Origin: Nitrospira sp.
GTDB taxonomy: Bacteria > Nitrospirota > Nitrospiria > Nitrospirales > Nitrospiraceae
Reading direction: 5' to 3'
Assembly: GCA_047150005.1 (NCBI GenBank)
Contig: AP038806.1
Span: 64,001 to 128,000, forward strand
Length of the DNA stretch: 64,000 nucleotides
Of the stretch, positions 60,447-64,000 are shown in pieces. How positions within the stretch are numbered: position 1 is the first letter of the stretch; the number at the start of each line of letters is the position of its first letter. The position numbers and the translations under genes were made by a program. The notes below the pieces were generated by a model. That model ran no database searches. It worked only from the letters and a program-made list of their open reading frames with translations, and was not told the DNA's origin.

Positions 60447-60773
60447 GGCTCGTGAGGCTTCGCTGCTCAGCGCTTGTTTCAGGATTTCGTCCTTGGTGCC
60501 GATCCCGCCTATAAACCGATCGAATCGTCCCCCGCGATAGAGGGCCAGTGCCGGAAGCGATGAGATCTCCAGCTCGGCCGGAATCTGGTAGTTCTCCTCC
60601 ACGTTCATCTTGACGACGAGCAACTTGCCCGCCGTTTCCGCCTGCAGCTCGACGAGCCGGCGCAGCAGGGCCCGACAGCCTCCGCAGCCGGGCTTCCAGA
60701 ACTCCACCAGCACGGGCACCGGTGATCCTTCCACCAGGCGATCGAACGTTTGATCCGTGACGTCGGCGATCAT
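60432..60773 (-). CDS. Thioredoxin-family protein (CGGC active site)
   Basis: VTD.TF...V..S..PVLVEFWKPGCGGC, K.NVEE, ISSLP. Confidence 0.85.
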   Translation of the reverse strand: MIADVTDQTFDRLVEGSPVPVLVEFWKPGCGGCRALLRRLVELQAETAGKLLVVKMNVEENYQIPAELEISSLPALALYRGGRFDRFIGGIGTKDEILKQALSSEASRASAES

Positions 60774-61411
60774 GCCCCGCGCCCCGGCGCATCCGGACAG
60801 ACCGGCTGGAAGATCTGATCGAACAGCAGCTCCGCGAACCGCCGATATCCCGCCGTCGTCAGATGGAGCCCGTCGTTCGAGTAGGGAGCCGCGAGCCGTC
60901 CCGTTTCGGGCTCCGCGGTGGCGGCGAACAGATCGACCGCGGCGAGCTTTTTGGAGTCGGCGTACGCGCGGATCAGCTCGTTCAGCTGCCGGCGCCGCTG
61001 CAGATGGTCTTCGATCCAGACGGCGGCGTCCGGCGCGCCTCCGTCGTCCGCGATCCGAACCGACGGCACCGTGACCGGCACTGGAATCACCCGCTCGGCG
61101 CGCGAAAGTTCGTACATCTTGAGCAGGTTCCGCATGATGTCCGACGGCCGGGCATTCCATCCGAGATCGTTGGTGCCGCCGAGGATCACCACATAGTCCG
61201 GACGGTGCGACAGGACGTCCTGCCGAAACCGCATGGCCATTTCGCTGGTCAGCTCTCCGCAGTTGCCGCTCACGCGGACCAGACTCGACGCGCCCAGCCA
61301 TTCCTGGAGAAAATCCCCATACGGCGTGTCTCGTCCGGTCGGATGGGAGGGAGTCGGCGATTGAAACCCGGCCGTCAGACTATCTCCGAAGCAGATGATG
61401 TGCCGCACCAT
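60770..61411 (-). CDS. SGNH/GDSL hydrolase
   Basis: FGDSLTAG, GGTND, DGLH. Confidence 0.92.
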   Translation of the reverse strand: MVRHIICFGDSLTAGFQSPTPSHPTGRDTPYGDFLQEWLGASSLVRVSGNCGELTSEMAMRFRQDVLSHRPDYVVILGGTNDLGWNARPSDIMRNLLKMYELSRAERVIPVPVTVPSVRIADDGGAPDAAVWIEDHLQRRRQLNELIRAYADSKKLAAVDLFAATAEPETGRLAAPYSNDGLHLTTAGYRRFAELLFDQIFQPVCPDAPGRGA

Positions 61412-61542
61412 GCCGACCTCCGCCGGCGGAGTCTACCGCTCCTCAAACCCGATCGCAACCTCGGACAGATTGCGGCGCAATCCGGGGAAAAGAACGGTGA
61501 TTTTCTTGACGAATACCTGGATGACGGATAGGTGTACTGAAT

Positions 61543-63339
61543 ATGTCCGATCTCCAACGAGCGCAGGAAATGATGGCGGCGGCCATGGCCTCCAAGGCCT
61601 CGGACGATCCCGAAATCGGCTCCCTCAAACGTGTTCTCAAACTCCTGGACAAGACCGCCAAATCGAACCGAACCTACGGGTCGAGCAATCCCGTCGCCCA
61701 AAAATTTTCCCAACAATTGTTTGAAGAAATTTCCGCCCACCTCTCCAGTTATGCCAAGCTGACCTTCCTCGTCCAACGCTCGGCGTTGCTATGCCGGGAC
61801 CAGATCGTCTACCAGCCGGAATCCGACAGCGGCGGCGAGAGCATGGCCTTCAAACTGTATGCGGACGGCGTTCGCGAAGTCGCGCTCCTGCAAGGCCTGA
61901 CCCAGGAGGAACTGAGCTACTTTCTCGATTCCCTCTGGGGAGGCAATGATCCGGGAGCGGAGGACGACGACATCGTCACACGCCTGTGGTCCCAAAATCT
62001 CTCCACGGTCACGCTGGTGACGGCGGAAGAGGTCGCCAAAGCCTCCGGCGGCCACGAAGGCTTTCTCGTCCTCGACGCGGGCATGTCGTCCGAGTCCACG
62101 TTGAGGGAGCTGCTGGACCGGGAACGAGCCCGCACCAAGTCGCAAGCGTCGAGCGCAGCGACCGGCGGTGCGGCGGCCGGCGCCGAAACCGGCAGGCGGC
62201 TCTTCAAGTCCAACCTCATCGGCTACGAGGTCACCGACGGGGAGCTCGCGGCGCTGGCCAAGGAGATCGACGCGGAAACGAAGCGGGACGCCACGCTCTA
62301 TGTCCTGGACATGGCCACCGCCATCATGGCCTCGGAAAAAGCCCCGGCATTGCTGACGAAACTCCTCGGGCTGTGGGGCAACGTCGTGGACTCCCTACTG
62401 GGACAGGGAAGGTGGACCATCCTGGAGAACGTTTTGGGCGTGCTCCACGAAACCGGAGCGGTCCGGCCTGACCTCAGCGAGGAGCATAAGGCCCAGTTGG
62501 CGACCCTCTTCAACGGTCTGGGCCAGCCGGAACGGCTGAAGGCGATCGAATCGTATTTGAACCGGACGGCCGGCGCCGACACGGAAGGTCTCTCGACGAT
62601 CCTGCTTCTGATGAAACCGGATGCGGTCCAGGGAATCTGCGGGTTGATGGCGACGCTGGAATCGCCGGCCCACCAGGCCATCGTCGCCGAAGTCTTGCTG
62701 ACGGTGGCTAAGGACCATCCCGAGCCGCTGCTGCGCGGTCTGTCCGACCGCCGGGCCGGCTACGTGCGGAACCTGATCACGATCCTCATCAAGCTGAACA
62801 ATCCGCGCTTCATCGAATCGATCGATAAGCTGGTCCGATACCCCGACCCGCAGGTACGCAAGGAAGTCATCAGAGCCATGAGCGTGTTCCGTCCGAACGG
62901 AAACGGCGCAAGACTGGTGACCTTTGCCACGGACGCCGATGAAAGCGTCCGAGTGACCGCGTTCAAGCTCCTCATGTCGGGTCAATACACGACTCCGTTT
63001 TCGCTCTGGTCTCCGATTGTGTCATCCGAGGAATTCATGGAACGTTCGTTGAGCGAACGCCGGCTCATCTACCACGCGATCCGCGCTACTTGCGGCGACG
63101 AAGCGATCCCTCATTGGTCGCAGCTCTTCACAGAATGGCATTTCGCGAATCGGAAGAAGAAGGAGGAGCTGGCATTCTTGGCCGCGGAGGCCATGGGCAA
63201 GCTCGGCACCCCGGCCGCCGTCGCCGCCTTGGAACTCGGGCAGAAGAAGGGGGCCGCCCCCGTGCGGCAGGCCTGCGCCATGGCGCTGGCCCACATCAAC
63301 AAGCACCGCGGCAAACCGCCGATGGCGGCCGCCTCGTGA
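61543..63339 (+). CDS. HEAT-repeat protein with N-terminal domain of unknown function
   Basis: C-terminal HEAT-like units (LSD....VRN, PDPQVRKE, DADESVR). Confidence 0.8.
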   Translation: MSDLQRAQEMMAAAMASKASDDPEIGSLKRVLKLLDKTAKSNRTYGSSNPVAQKFSQQLFEEISAHLSSYAKLTFLVQRSALLCRDQIVYQPESDSGGESMAFKLYADGVREVALLQGLTQEELSYFLDSLWGGNDPGAEDDDIVTRLWSQNLSTVTLVTAEEVAKASGGHEGFLVLDAGMSSESTLRELLDRERARTKSQASSAATGGAAAGAETGRRLFKSNLIGYEVTDGELAALAKEIDAETKRDATLYVLDMATAIMASEKAPALLTKLLGLWGNVVDSLLGQGRWTILENVLGVLHETGAVRPDLSEEHKAQLATLFNGLGQPERLKAIESYLNRTAGADTEGLSTILLLMKPDAVQGICGLMATLESPAHQAIVAEVLLTVAKDHPEPLLRGLSDRRAGYVRNLITILIKLNNPRFIESIDKLVRYPDPQVRKEVIRAMSVFRPNGNGARLVTFATDADESVRVTAFKLLMSGQYTTPFSLWSPIVSSEEFMERSLSERRLIYHAIRATCGDEAIPHWSQLFTEWHFANRKKKEELAFLAAEAMGKLGTPAAVAALELGQKKGAAPVRQACAMALAHINKHRGKPPMAAAS

Positions 63340-63352
63340 GGAGCATTCCGTC

Positions 63353-64000
63353 GTGAGCGATCCCAAGCCCATCGACGCCCAGGCCTCGACCGATCAACTT
63401 CAGCCGTTCCTAACCCACGAGAAATCTCTCTCGCACAAGATCGCCCAGGGATCGGAAGCCGGGGACATCCTCGACCAGCAGATGGTGATGCTGGGCTTCC
63501 AGCTCATCACCCAACTAAACACGTTGATCAAGACCTCCCGCATTCACGGCCGCACGAACTCGGCGCTGGACAAGCCGGTCGAGGCGATGCTGACGATCGT
63601 CCATACGCTGACGCACGATCAACCCGTGACGCTCCGGCTCCAAAACGACTTCTTGTTTCTGGGTGACAGCCACCTCAAAGTCAACGCCCAGCAGATGACG
63701 GTGGTCGCCAGCGTCATCGACGCGATGAACAAATGGAGAATCGGCGGCTTTACGTTCACCGCCTCGGTCGCCTCCAAGGATCTCAGAGAATTCGCCCATC
63801 TGTTTGTCACACTCGATCCGACGGCCAAGACCGTCGAGGACTTTCGGCAGGAACTCAAGCAGCTCGGCATCGCGAGCATCGAGATCGAAGACCCTCGCGA
63901 GCTTGTCCTCAAGGATGATGCCGGCACGACCGGGGCCGCCCCCTCTGAGGCCGAACAGAAGGACCAGCACAAGGTCAATGCCAAATCGGCATACGGGAAA
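63353..64000 (+). CDS. 5' part of a protein sharing the N-terminal domain of the upstream HEAT protein (possibly HD-GYP; runs off the window)
   Basis: Open frame from GTG 63353 (MSDPKPIDAQ...) to the window end, GAGGAG RBS; not in the ORF track because it has no stop. Confidence 0.75.
   Translation, partial: MSDPKPIDAQASTDQLQPFLTHEKSLSHKIAQGSEAGDILDQQMVMLGFQLITQLNTLIKTSRIHGRTNSALDKPVEAMLTIVHTLTHDQPVTLRLQNDFLFLGDSHLKVNAQQMTVVASVIDAMNKWRIGGFTFTASVASKDLREFAHLFVTLDPTAKTVEDFRQELKQLGIASIEIEDPRELVLKDDAGTTGAAPSEAEQKDQHKVNAKSAYGK

Overview
High-GC bacterial DNA; the gene set and the intergenic repeat types suggest Nitrospira (inference, not a database result). I found no rRNA, tRNA or CRISPR array. 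1-7.9 kb is a decaying sigma-54 module: an FhlA/NifA-type activator with an in-frame TGA, its -24/-12 promoter, an RND adaptor, an RND permease split by an IS481 element with a 7-bp target duplication, and a dead second copy of the promoter. 9-12 kb holds an RRM protein, a methyltransferase and an SF2 helicase. 12.3-18.5 kb is a trehalose/alpha-glucan operon (DUF5752/OrfY-like, treS, divergent TreT-like, degenerate Ggs-like GT2, TM-helix/Msc-like, truncated glgE). 18.5-43 kb is an accessory patchwork: TPMT, VOC, two paralogous cupin-AraC regulators, ada-alkA/ogt, ADH, lipoproteins, an unusual MotA/ZorA-like plus bitopic-partner pair, O-methyltransferase, lipase, triple Spy/CpxP protein, Tll0287-like cytochrome, PepSY-TM, lspA, a repeat peptide and several deletion remnants. 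43-64 kb looks like backbone: TetR-HlyD-ABC, RNase II, Sel1, nfeD-stomatin, a ProA paralogue lacking the catalytic Cys, MFS, ltaE, nucleotidyltransferase, gnd, zwf, thioredoxin, SGNH, and a HEAT-repeat protein with a partner. The best candidates for undescribed systems are the ZorAB/MotAB-like orphan pair and the trehalose operon carrying apparent pseudo-glycosyltransferases. All family calls come from motif recognition by eye.
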